From positions 64,001 through 128,000 of IMG/VR virus record IMGVR_UViG_3300031521_000011: a stretch of 64,000 nt of DNA. One strand, given 5' to 3'. This stretch comes from a virus. A program made the position numbers and the translations under genes. The notes beneath the pieces are model-generated. The model was not told where the DNA came from. It made no database searches and saw only the letters and a program-made list of their open reading frames with translations. Shown here piece by piece: positions 33,994-43,041 of the stretch; position 1 is the stretch's first letter; the number at the start of each line of letters is the position of its first letter.

Positions 33994-34512
33994 ATGGCTG
34001 ATGAATTTTGGGACAGATTCGATGACATTCAGAAAGCGCGGCTTACGAATGATGATAAGACCGGCTTGATAGATATGTTCCGCGTTCAGATCTTTGACTT
34101 TGATGCGACTCTAAATATTCTCAACGGAAAGAAGTTGGAATTCACCGATGCTGCCGTGAAGATGTTTCTTGACCGCGCGATTAGAGATATCAACAAAGGC
34201 TCTCCGCCAACCAAATATACAATATTCGATTTTCCTGCAGACCAGGATGGCCTGCTGATATCTGGCGCCGCAATGTTTTCTTTAATGGCAGATGGTATCC
34301 TTCAGCTCAGGAATCAATATCAAGCGCAGGATTCTGGGTTGACGATGGGTATGTTCCAAAAGAGCGGCCAATACCAGCAATGGGCAGCCTTTCTACTGCA
34401 GCCGTACTTTGAGGATCGCGCTGAGTTCAAGCGCGGCATAATTATGAGAAGTGCCGGCTCTGGCTTCGTTGGCATCGGGTCCGAGTTTGGGTACAGAAAC
34501 GGCGGGTATTAA
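33994..34512 (+). CDS. head-tail adaptor/neck protein
   Basis: Helical protein after the capsid module; assignment mainly from gene order. Confidence 0.55.
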   Translation: MADEFWDRFDDIQKARLTNDDKTGLIDMFRVQIFDFDATLNILNGKKLEFTDAAVKMFLDRAIRDINKGSPPTKYTIFDFPADQDGLLISGAAMFSLMADGILQLRNQYQAQDSGLTMGMFQKSGQYQQWAAFLLQPYFEDRAEFKRGIIMRSAGSGFVGIGSEFGYRNGGY

Positions 34513-34513
34513 A

Positions 34514-35299
34514 ATGCTGAGTATAGCAAGTATTTCCGTTTTCAATACTCTCAGCACGGATTTCCTGCTCGTTAAGTTCGATATTACACCAACACAGGAA
34601 TCGGTGAATGACTATACCTTCAATATCTACAGGTCTCTGAGTCCAGAAGATACTTCCATGTTCTTCTGCATTGCTCACAACATAACAGAGACGCAGTATG
34701 AAGATCATGGCGTTAACCTAATGCGATTCGATACGAATTATTACTATAAGGTTAGAGCCAACAATGTCAACACTGGTGAGTCCGTCATGAGCAATTGTTA
34801 CGGTCACCTTTATCACACGGAGCCGGATAATTTGGCATTTATCATGCTCTATGAAAACCAGAGGCTCCTGGAGCTCATCAATAATGATCCGGTATCTGTG
34901 CTCTTAAAGAGGAGACTTGGCGTAAGATGCAGCAACTGCTGGGACTCAGTCAGGAAACAAGCAAGGCTTGCGGATTGCCCTGTATGTTATGGAACAGGAG
35001 TTGTTGGCGGATATTCCGCAGCGATATCAATAAGGATTGGATATCTCACTCCATTTCCTGGGCAGCAGATGGGTATCAACACAGACCGCGTAAGTGTGGA
35101 AGAGGCTCCCGTAACTGCATGGACTACAAATTATCCGATTCTTCAGCCAGATGATGTAATCGTTGACTCCACGCATAATTATCGATTTGAAATTGATGAT
35201 ATGCGGCCAATTTATAAGAATCAGAAAATGCTGATTCGCCAGACATTCACGATGCATCGTGTACCGGCAACCGATGTGATATTCACATTACCGGTATAG
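34514..35299 (+). CDS. neck/head-closure protein with FN3-like N-terminus and Zn finger
   Basis: FNIYRS...YED...YYYKVRA (FN3-like); RCSNCWD...CPVCYGTG..GGY. Confidence 0.6.
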   Translation: MLSIASISVFNTLSTDFLLVKFDITPTQESVNDYTFNIYRSLSPEDTSMFFCIAHNITETQYEDHGVNLMRFDTNYYYKVRANNVNTGESVMSNCYGHLYHTEPDNLAFIMLYENQRLLELINNDPVSVLLKRRLGVRCSNCWDSVRKQARLADCPVCYGTGVVGGYSAAISIRIGYLTPFPGQQMGINTDRVSVEEAPVTAWTTNYPILQPDDVIVDSTHNYRFEIDDMRPIYKNQKMLIRQTFTMHRVPATDVIFTLPV

Positions 35300-35310
35300 G
35301 AGGAGGCCAC

Positions 35311-35925
35311 ATGCCAAATACACCAGTTCAAACTGTTCACGGCAAAAGTGTTGATATAGAATATTATATCGAGCAGTCATTCGTTCTATCTTTGCGGGAA
35401 ATTTTCAAAAACATGGATTTAGATTTTCCGTATGATGACGATGATGTTCTTACCCAGGTTTTGATAAGCTCTAATTTTCCGGAAGGTGAAGTACCCCTGA
35501 AGCTGCCCAATATCATTGTTGAGGGTATCTCTTATGAATTTTCGGAAACGAGTTTGAATAACAACTACTTGGATGATATAATGGAGGCAGGAGTGGTTGT
35601 AGGGTGGCGTTATGCCACATACATTCTGTTTAGCGCAACCATTACATGCATTGCGGAAAAGGACGGTGCAGCGAAGAATCTTGCAAATAAGGTTCTGAAC
35701 TACATAAAGTTCGACGCAAGAGAAATTTTTTCAGATGCATGCGCAATGGATATCAAGTCAGCGAGAAAGAGTCCAGGCGGATACAGAAGGAATTTACCGC
35801 AGAATTCATTCTCCCACTCAGTAAGTCTCTCTGGAGTTCTGCCATGGATTGGTGAAATCAGACCAATCAACCCAATTATCCTTGGTAAGATTTCAGTGAC
35901 AATTAAGGCAAGTCTGCCAACATGA
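35311..35925 (+). CDS. tail terminator/completion protein
   Basis: Directly before the sheath gene; LPNIIV motif. Confidence 0.5.
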   Translation: MPNTPVQTVHGKSVDIEYYIEQSFVLSLREIFKNMDLDFPYDDDDVLTQVLISSNFPEGEVPLKLPNIIVEGISYEFSETSLNNNYLDDIMEAGVVVGWRYATYILFSATITCIAEKDGAAKNLANKVLNYIKFDAREIFSDACAMDIKSARKSPGGYRRNLPQNSFSHSVSLSGVLPWIGEIRPINPIILGKISVTIKASLPT

Positions 35926-35948
35926 CCAAATAAAGAGAGGTGCGAAAA

Positions 35949-37520
35949 ATGTATAGGGAACCTGCAGTACGTTTGCGCCAGAAGCTTAACCCCGAGTATG
36001 TCCTGGGATCCAGCCCGAATTTGATCCCCGTCATCATGGGTTCAGGCGCTACGCAGTTCAAGAAAACCCAAGCGATGAAAAGGGGTAGCGATCTTTATGA
36101 CGTACTTCCTTCTGATGCTGTAGTCTCCATGCTGACTGTCGGTAACTCAAGTGGTGTTGCCGATTACTCTTCATCGAATGACTTTACCAAGGTGACGCCA
36201 AACATCTTGCATTGGGGCAAGCTGGCAACAAGCGGAACAGTCGTATCCGCCACAGATACAACAGTTGTCCTCGCCACGACTGATTCAGCCGTAGATGACT
36301 TCTATAATGACAAAAAAATTGTCATTGTGAATGGCGTTGGCGCAGGCCAGACAAGGGTAATCACCAATTATGTCGGATCGACAAAGGCCGCCACCGTCGT
36401 CGCCTGGACCGTGAATCCTGATGCTACATCGGAGTATGAAATCTGGACTAACTCGGTGAAGGAACCTGAAATGGGAGATGTTTACTATGTCACATATGTG
36501 GCCGGTCCTGAATCCGACCAGTATGAGCCAAAGTTCGTCTCCAGCCCAGAAGAAGTAGAGGAGTTGTACGGTCCGGAGCTCAAATACGAAAACGGACTGA
36601 TCAATCCTGTTGTAGTTGGAGCAAAGTGCGCTCTCGCAAATCGTGCAAGCATTATCTGCATATTGCAGGTGGCCCTTGCCGGTTCCACAGTGGCCGTCAC
36701 TGACTATGAAAAGGCCTTCACGGAATATCTGGCTCATATGACATACGCATATCGCATAATTCCCATGGACCTCAGCACTACCATAGGCGAAGCCGCAGTG
36801 GCGTATGTTCGCCAGATGTCTGATCCGGAAGAGAAGATGGAATGCAAGACCATGATAGGCGTTGTTCATTCATCTACAACACATGCCGAGCTTATGACAA
36901 ACATCGGCGCTTACGCTGCAGCCTTTGGCGAGAAGCGTCTGATGATTCCTTATCCAGACAAGGCTACGAAGAAGCTCAGCGATGGCAACATATATGAACT
37001 TCCGGCCCCATACCTGCTTGCGGCTTATGCCGGCAAACAGTCTTCTCAGCCAATCGAGCAATCGATGACGAACAGTACGCTCGACGGCTTCATCACCCTT
37101 AAGGGTGTTAAGATGTCTCGTGCGCAAAAGAACCTTCTCGCAGAAAAAGGTGTTATGCTGCTGGAGCAGGCATCTCCCGGATTCCCAATCACGGTGCGCG
37201 ATGCATTGACGACAGACATGTCCAGCATCCAGACGCGCCAGGATATGGTTGTGTCCATCGTAGACTTTGCCAGCAAGTATATCCGTGATGTACTCGCTCC
37301 GTATATCGGCCCGACGAATACAACGACAGAAACCATCACCCGTATGAGAGGTTCTGTCAACACCGCTATCGCAGTGCTCGTGAGCATGCAAGTCCTGACG
37401 GGTGGCAGGATCACAGATATCTACCGGGATAGCCTGAGTCCAGACACCATCATTGTGAAGATCTCGGTTGATGTTCCATACCCCTGCAACTATATCGATG
37501 TTGACCTGTTCGTCAACTAA
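35949..37520 (+). CDS. contractile tail sheath protein
   Basis: Y..P.V N-terminus; AAYAG, LAEKGVMLL, VRDALTT, PCNYIDV C-terminus typical of sheath. Confidence 0.85.
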   Translation: MYREPAVRLRQKLNPEYVLGSSPNLIPVIMGSGATQFKKTQAMKRGSDLYDVLPSDAVVSMLTVGNSSGVADYSSSNDFTKVTPNILHWGKLATSGTVVSATDTTVVLATTDSAVDDFYNDKKIVIVNGVGAGQTRVITNYVGSTKAATVVAWTVNPDATSEYEIWTNSVKEPEMGDVYYVTYVAGPESDQYEPKFVSSPEEVEELYGPELKYENGLINPVVVGAKCALANRASIICILQVALAGSTVAVTDYEKAFTEYLAHMTYAYRIIPMDLSTTIGEAAVAYVRQMSDPEEKMECKTMIGVVHSSTTHAELMTNIGAYAAAFGEKRLMIPYPDKATKKLSDGNIYELPAPYLLAAYAGKQSSQPIEQSMTNSTLDGFITLKGVKMSRAQKNLLAEKGVMLLEQASPGFPITVRDALTTDMSSIQTRQDMVVSIVDFASKYIRDVLAPYIGPTNTTTETITRMRGSVNTAIAVLVSMQVLTGGRITDIYRDSLSPDTIIVKISVDVPYPCNYIDVDLFVN

Positions 37521-37548
37521 TAAAAACAACTGGAAGGCGGTTTTATAA

Positions 37549-38199
37549 ATGGGTTTAGAGCAAGGTACAGTAATGCCCTCAGTACCCGGAAGCAATGGTC
37601 TTAATGTCGGAAGCACATCTTATGGTGCTGGTATAAATAACTGGGCTTTCAAGAATTCACATGTTCCCGACCCGAATGTGAATCCAAGCCGATTCATGTC
37701 AGCTGGACGCTGCGTGGTATACGCTCAAACATCATCAGGGCGGACAGCCGGAAAGACTCCTGAACTGGGATCGTTCGTTCCGATCGGTTTGATTCAAGCC
37801 TATTCGTGGACTGAACAACGCCAGATCGACATGCTGTTCGAGCTTGGCTCCGAACTGCCATACCTCGTCCCTGGTCGTACAACCGGCCAGATTGCCATCA
37901 CCAGAATGCTGATGCACGGCCGCGACCTTGCCAACGTTCTGTATGGCGCAACAGATCAGCTCAGCAAGAATACCTGGATCAGGTCCCTAAAGGATATCGC
38001 TACTCCTCTGAACCTGATGTTTGCGGCTTTTGCCAACTCCACAACGCAGGATACGGCAGCCAACGGCGTATTCTCCAGGGTATTCTCACATGCCTGGATC
38101 AATTCGCGCAGTGAGCAAATCGGCGCAGGTCAGACGGTTATCGGCGAAAACTGCAGTCTGATCTATGAAGATATCCTCAGCGTTGAGCTCTTCAAATAA
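37549..38199 (+). CDS. tail tube protein
   Basis: After sheath; PIGLIQ...QRQIDMLFELGS...VPG...ITR. Confidence 0.75.
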   Translation: MGLEQGTVMPSVPGSNGLNVGSTSYGAGINNWAFKNSHVPDPNVNPSRFMSAGRCVVYAQTSSGRTAGKTPELGSFVPIGLIQAYSWTEQRQIDMLFELGSELPYLVPGRTTGQIAITRMLMHGRDLANVLYGATDQLSKNTWIRSLKDIATPLNLMFAAFANSTTQDTAANGVFSRVFSHAWINSRSEQIGAGQTVIGENCSLIYEDILSVELFK

Positions 38200-38215
38200 C
38201 ATTCAATCCGATTTG

Positions 38216-38248
38216 AAAAGGGATGCGGAAAGACCGCATCCCTTTTTT
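38216..38248 (+). terminator. intrinsic terminator after the tube gene
   Basis: AAAAGGGATGCGG-AAAGA-CCGCATCCCTTTTTT. Confidence 0.85.
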
Positions 38249-38251
38249 GTG

Positions 38252-38280
38252 TTGTACAAAAAAAATGTATACTATATAAT
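38252..38280 (+). promoter_or_regulatory. sigmaA-type promoter
   Basis: TTGTAC-17-TATAAT. Confidence 0.65.
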
Positions 38281-38310
38281 GAGTATCGAAACTAAGATGG
38301 AGGTACTACA

Positions 38311-38763
38311 ATGGAAAAAGACAATATCGTCCCGATTGAAAGGAAACCGATCACAAGTGACCTAGATGCTATATTCGATGCCCTCATCCTGAAAGGTACG
38401 CTGGAGATGGAGGAAACGATTTTCCCCGGCTTTCTCTTGAAGGTGAAACCATTGGATGCAGCGGAAACATTGGCTGCCGAATCAGCCATAACTTTTGTGG
38501 ACTCCGCTCGTGATATCGTATTTCGGGCGCGTATGGTCAGCGTTCTTGCCCGTGCAACCATTTCCATTAATAGCAATCCTATCGAGCTTCCGAATTTGGA
38601 TGAAAAAGAAAATGACACCCGACGTCGTGAACTTCATATAAAATTCATGAAGCTGCCGCCGAATCGTGTCGAGGACTGCTATTCTTTCTACAGGAGAGTT
38701 CAAATCAAGCAGGATGAGATTTACAGCGCTCCTGTGATTGCGGAACAAGTCAAAAATTTTTAG
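38311..38763 (+). CDS. tail assembly chaperone (gpG-like)
   Basis: Between tube and tape measure; ends in the slippery sequence A AAT TTT before TAG. Confidence 0.75.
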   Translation: MEKDNIVPIERKPITSDLDAIFDALILKGTLEMEETIFPGFLLKVKPLDAAETLAAESAITFVDSARDIVFRARMVSVLARATISINSNPIELPNLDEKENDTRRRELHIKFMKLPPNRVEDCYSFYRRVQIKQDEIYSAPVIAEQVKNF

Positions 38764-39176
38764 GCACCCCTTGGGGCATAATAAAGAGCACAGTGCTCAA
38801 CGCCAAGCAAGGGGTCATTACAGAAAAGCGCTTCAAGGATATGACGTCAATCCAATGGTACTTTCATTACCTTGAAGTATTGCAAGCCAATGAGAAAAAA
38901 GACAAAGCGACTATGGAATATATCGAACTTTTGACTATGTTTGTGAATCCTGAACTGGCAACTAAATGGCGTGAGATGAAGGCGCTCAAAGAAGCCAAGG
39001 AAGAAATTACGCCAGAGTCGTTCCCTGAAGTCTGGGCCAATATTAAATCGCAGATACCCGATATCGTTACAGTCCGATATTTGGATGCCAAGGCAAAAGA
39101 TCTGCTGCCCACATACCAACGTCCAAAGAAGAAGGAATATAAGACTCCTGGTATACAAATCAATAATTCCAAGTAG
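38760..39176 (+). CDS. tail assembly chaperone -1 frameshift extension (gpGT-like)
   Basis: The -1 frame is open from 38760 to 39176, with no good RBS of its own. Confidence 0.7.
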   Translation, partial: LGTPWGIIKSTVLNAKQGVITEKRFKDMTSIQWYFHYLEVLQANEKKDKATMEYIELLTMFVNPELATKWREMKALKEAKEEITPESFPEVWANIKSQIPDIVTVRYLDAKAKDLLPTYQRPKKKEYKTPGIQINNSK

Positions 39177-39180
39177 AGTA

Positions 39181-42100
39181 ATGGTGGTGAGAGTTGTGGA
39201 ACAAGGTAATTCGATGGATGGTGCACTGCTCAGTGTACAGCAACAACAGCTCGATGAGTTAAGGAGCATTCGTGCACAGACGGCATCCGGTCCATTTGTC
39301 GCCGGCAGAGAGCAGACATCCTTCTCCCAATACTCGATGAATACCGGGGCGGCGCAGCAACAAGCGTCCGCCCAGGGTTTATTTATGCCGACGCCAAACG
39401 TTGGAGGAATCCCACTCTCTCCATTTACTCAAAATATGGGTAACTCCGCCGCAACATACATGCAGCAGGCAAATTTAAAACAGGCATTATTTAGCTATGA
39501 CCGCAATAGGGTATCCCGAGAGAACAGGGACTTAACCGGTATGCAGGCTGGTCAGAATATTTTTCAGGCTGGCTTGGCCGGGGCTGGTGCACTGGGCGGT
39601 CTCGGAGGAGATGCCCTTGGTACATCTATATTTGGTGGACTGGGATTAGCTGGCGGATTTGCCGGCGGCGCTATCGGCGGTGCTATTGGCGGTGCCGTAT
39701 TCGCATCTGCAGCGCAAGAGATGGGAGTGCAGTCCGGATATAGCAATTACTTGTTTCAGAATTCACAGCGCTTTATTAACCCATACGAATCTACAAATCG
39801 CAGATATGGTATGGGTTTCAATAACGATGAAAGGTCTGGCGCATCGTCATACTTGAGGTCATTATCGACAAGTAGAAATATTAGCGATACCGACATGAGT
39901 GGTATATTGAGCGGTGCAGTTGATCAAAACCTCCTGAAGGATGTTACAAATCTCAAGACATTCAAGGAAAAAATGGCTAAATTAACCGACAGCGTTAAGA
40001 CATCCGCCCTCTTGCTGAATGAAACATATCAGAACGTCACAAAGATGATGGGCGAACTTGAACGCGCGGGTGTATCAACCGGAAATTTCGATTACATGAT
40101 GGGAAAAATGAAGACACTGGGATCATTCACCGGCATGAATACGATGGAGGCCACAAATTCAACTTTGACCGTATCTGGCTCAAAAACCGGTACGGCATGG
40201 AATTCCGAGAGGCAGATCGAGAACTCCGCTTTGGATCTCAGGGTTATGCAGGTACTCAAAAATGGCGCTGATAAGAATCCAAATGGAACTCTTGGATTTA
40301 TAACGAATTTATATAATAATACCGAAGGCAGCACGGACGCAGAAAAACTGAGCAATCTTACAGTAAGGGCAAACCGAACCATGCAGGAAGTCATGGGAAA
40401 TCAAACCTTCCAATCAGCATATTCCGGATTGTTCAATTATAATGATGCCAGTGGTAAGTTTGAGCTTGACCAGAGTGCATATGATAGGTTTACTAGCGGG
40501 AATATGTCATATGCCGACATAATGGGTGAATCATCAAAGAAGATGACTGCATGGAGCGCGGATGGAAAGCATACCGGATTCCAGTGGCAGCAAATGGCTA
40601 ACGATACCTTTATGGATCTTACGGATGTACAGAAAGGAAAACTTCAAGGAACATTCTTTTCCACTGTTGGCCGTGATACGATGTTTGGTGAGACTGACCA
40701 ATCTACAATCATGGCAGGCCTTGGCATAGGCTCAACTGACGCTGATAGGAAATTGTTCACTCAACTTTACGGTACCCTTGGATCTAAAGGCAATATTTAT
40801 CAGAATGAGATGTCTCAAGAGGGATTCAATCAGACTATGCAGGCGAAAATAGATTCTGAATCTGAAGGTCTGTGGCAGTCAATCAAAAAAGTCTTTAACA
40901 CCATGTCTGATAAAATCGGAGATGCGGTTGAGCCTATGCGCAAAAGCATGGAAGAGGCTGGTGTTACATGGAAAGATATTTGGAACGGAACGCATCCAAC
41001 AAATCGCGTACAGTTTCAGGATCCATTAAATTTCACTGACTCAGGCGCTACCGGATCAGCAGAATCGATATCCAAGTCGATGAATGCATATATCTCAGAC
41101 TATCAAAAGTATGGTGGTACGACTAAGGATCTCGAATTGCTTGACCCTAAAGGACAACTCAGTGTGACTGGCGGAGGCGTTGATCAATATGGATCAAAGA
41201 TGACCGGTATCATGAAAATAGAAGATATCGACTATCTTAATAACGTCATGAACTCGAAAGCTAAAAGTACCTTCGAGCAGCATGGTGCCCTTATCCCAGC
41301 GCTTACTGTTGATGATATTGCCGCCTCAATGAATTTAACTTTCAATGAAGGGGACGACAAGCAGTCAATAACTCAAGAGGCGATGCTCCGTAAATATTCA
41401 AAAATGATACAACAGCTTCAGGGCGGAAAGGCCAGTGGCCTCAATGACTATGAGATCGTTGCAGGTAATCAGGCCCTTTCCACTATGTCGGATGCGCTTA
41501 AATGGATGGGCGTTGATGTGGCGCCTGTTAATAATCTAGGATACTCTAAAGAAATGCTTGCAACACTCCAAAATCAATATGGTGGAAAGACCACAGATTA
41601 CTATGGAGCCCTTAAAACACAAGCGGAGAAGTCTGCTAAATTAGATCTTACGAATAATGGATCAGATGCTACACGAAATGCAATAAATAGCCTAACGGCC
41701 GATGTAGCTGCGACAGGAGTAGCTCAAAGTAAAGCTGAATCTGATATTATGGCGGCCATGTCTGGATATTCAGATGCTGATTCGATTGCTGCCAGGGATC
41801 AGATTTCTAAACTTATGGACTCTATTCGCTCCGGAGATTTGGCTCCTGAAGATGCCAGAGCTCAATTTAATGCATTAAAATCATCAGGAAAAGCCAGTAG
41901 TCTTTATAGTGAAGTGTCAGACAAGTTCAACTTAGTAGCAGACAAAGCTATGGCAAAATCTTCAGGTGAAGCAATTCTCAAGACACGTAGTGAGGATAGT
42001 AGCAGGATTCTCGGGGCAATTAAAGCAGGAGGAAGTGTTGCCAGCCTCATTGGTGGAGATGCTGCATATAATAAATTACTGAGTGGTGCTACAGTTTCAA

Positions 42101-42678
42101 CAGATAGAAACCTTGGTGATATAGCAAAGGATACTACTCAGGGTTGGTGGATGCTTGGTGGAGGTCTTGGCTATATTGCTGGAGCAATCTTCAATTCAAA
42201 CACAAAGAAGACCAAAAAACTAAATGAACTGAGTCAAGAGCAGCTTTCTGCTCTCACCGATAAGGACATGAGTGGACTTGGCGGGGAAGATCTTATCGAA
42301 AATCTAAGGAGCGGTCTTCGTAATCAATTTATTGGCAATACTGTTAATCCCACAGCATGGCTACAGGACGATAAAATCAAGGCCCTACTACCAAACGCAA
42401 ATGAGTTATTGAATATTGCTAACGGCGATGGTAATAAAGCCTGGTCCACCTCAGAAATAGATTCACTCGTTTCAAAAATAATGGAAGATATCTCTGCTGG
42501 CGGCGCCGGCAAAGCAGAAGACGAAAAGCAAAAAGTAGACAGTGGATCTGTAAAATCCCAAGATGATGCAATGGTTACTCTTGGACAAGAGCATCAGAAG
42601 GCACTGAGCAAATACATGGATACAGTACGTCAAGAGTTCACTGACATACAGGGACAGATAAGCATACTTTCAAAATAA
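39181..42678 (+). CDS. tape measure protein
   Basis: ~1165 aa, helical, Gly/Ala-rich hydrophobic stretches, follows the chaperones; exact start uncertain. Confidence 0.8.
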   Translation: MVVRVVEQGNSMDGALLSVQQQQLDELRSIRAQTASGPFVAGREQTSFSQYSMNTGAAQQQASAQGLFMPTPNVGGIPLSPFTQNMGNSAATYMQQANLKQALFSYDRNRVSRENRDLTGMQAGQNIFQAGLAGAGALGGLGGDALGTSIFGGLGLAGGFAGGAIGGAIGGAVFASAAQEMGVQSGYSNYLFQNSQRFINPYESTNRRYGMGFNNDERSGASSYLRSLSTSRNISDTDMSGILSGAVDQNLLKDVTNLKTFKEKMAKLTDSVKTSALLLNETYQNVTKMMGELERAGVSTGNFDYMMGKMKTLGSFTGMNTMEATNSTLTVSGSKTGTAWNSERQIENSALDLRVMQVLKNGADKNPNGTLGFITNLYNNTEGSTDAEKLSNLTVRANRTMQEVMGNQTFQSAYSGLFNYNDASGKFELDQSAYDRFTSGNMSYADIMGESSKKMTAWSADGKHTGFQWQQMANDTFMDLTDVQKGKLQGTFFSTVGRDTMFGETDQSTIMAGLGIGSTDADRKLFTQLYGTLGSKGNIYQNEMSQEGFNQTMQAKIDSESEGLWQSIKKVFNTMSDKIGDAVEPMRKSMEEAGVTWKDIWNGTHPTNRVQFQDPLNFTDSGATGSAESISKSMNAYISDYQKYGGTTKDLELLDPKGQLSVTGGGVDQYGSKMTGIMKIEDIDYLNNVMNSKAKSTFEQHGALIPALTVDDIAASMNLTFNEGDDKQSITQEAMLRKYSKMIQQLQGGKASGLNDYEIVAGNQALSTMSDALKWMGVDVAPVNNLGYSKEMLATLQNQYGGKTTDYYGALKTQAEKSAKLDLTNNGSDATRNAINSLTADVAATGVAQSKAESDIMAAMSGYSDADSIAARDQISKLMDSIRSGDLAPEDARAQFNALKSSGKASSLYSEVSDKFNLVADKAMAKSSGEAILKTRSEDSSRILGAIKAGGSVASLIGGDAAYNKLLSGATVSTDRNLGDIAKDTTQGWWMLGGGLGYIAGAIFNSNTKKTKKLNELSQEQLSALTDKDMSGLGGEDLIENLRSGLRNQFIGNTVNPTAWLQDDKIKALLPNANELLNIANGDGNKAWSTSEIDSLVSKIMEDISAGGAGKAEDEKQKVDSGSVKSQDDAMVTLGQEHQKALSKYMDTVRQEFTDIQGQISILSK

Positions 42679-42694
42679 GCCGAGGTGATATAAT

Positions 42695-43027
42695 ATGACA
42701 CCGGAAAGAATAATGGTCAGTCTCGCTAAATTATCAGCAGAATCCGAATCTTACAATGATGAGATACAGGGTCTGCTGAATTCAGCATACGCAAATACTA
42801 ATCGGAATACTATTTCAGATCCAGTTTCCGGAGCAAAGGTGTTGTCGGAAGAGTACATCTTTACAGTATCAAATCAGGATTTCCTAAACAATATTGATAG
42901 AATAGAGTATCTGCAGTCGAAAGTACTGGAAAACTGTGCCACAGTGAAGCAGCTAATTGCTTCACTGTCAGTAACACAGTTTACGCCGGTTCAGGCTGCC
43001 GCACTATATACTTCAATCGGCGCATAG
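42695..43027 (+). CDS. hypothetical tail protein
   Basis: GAGGTG RBS; operon position. Confidence 0.55.
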   Translation: MTPERIMVSLAKLSAESESYNDEIQGLLNSAYANTNRNTISDPVSGAKVLSEEYIFTVSNQDFLNNIDRIEYLQSKVLENCATVKQLIASLSVTQFTPVQAAALYTSIGA

Positions 43028-43041
43028 CATGGAGGTATGAC

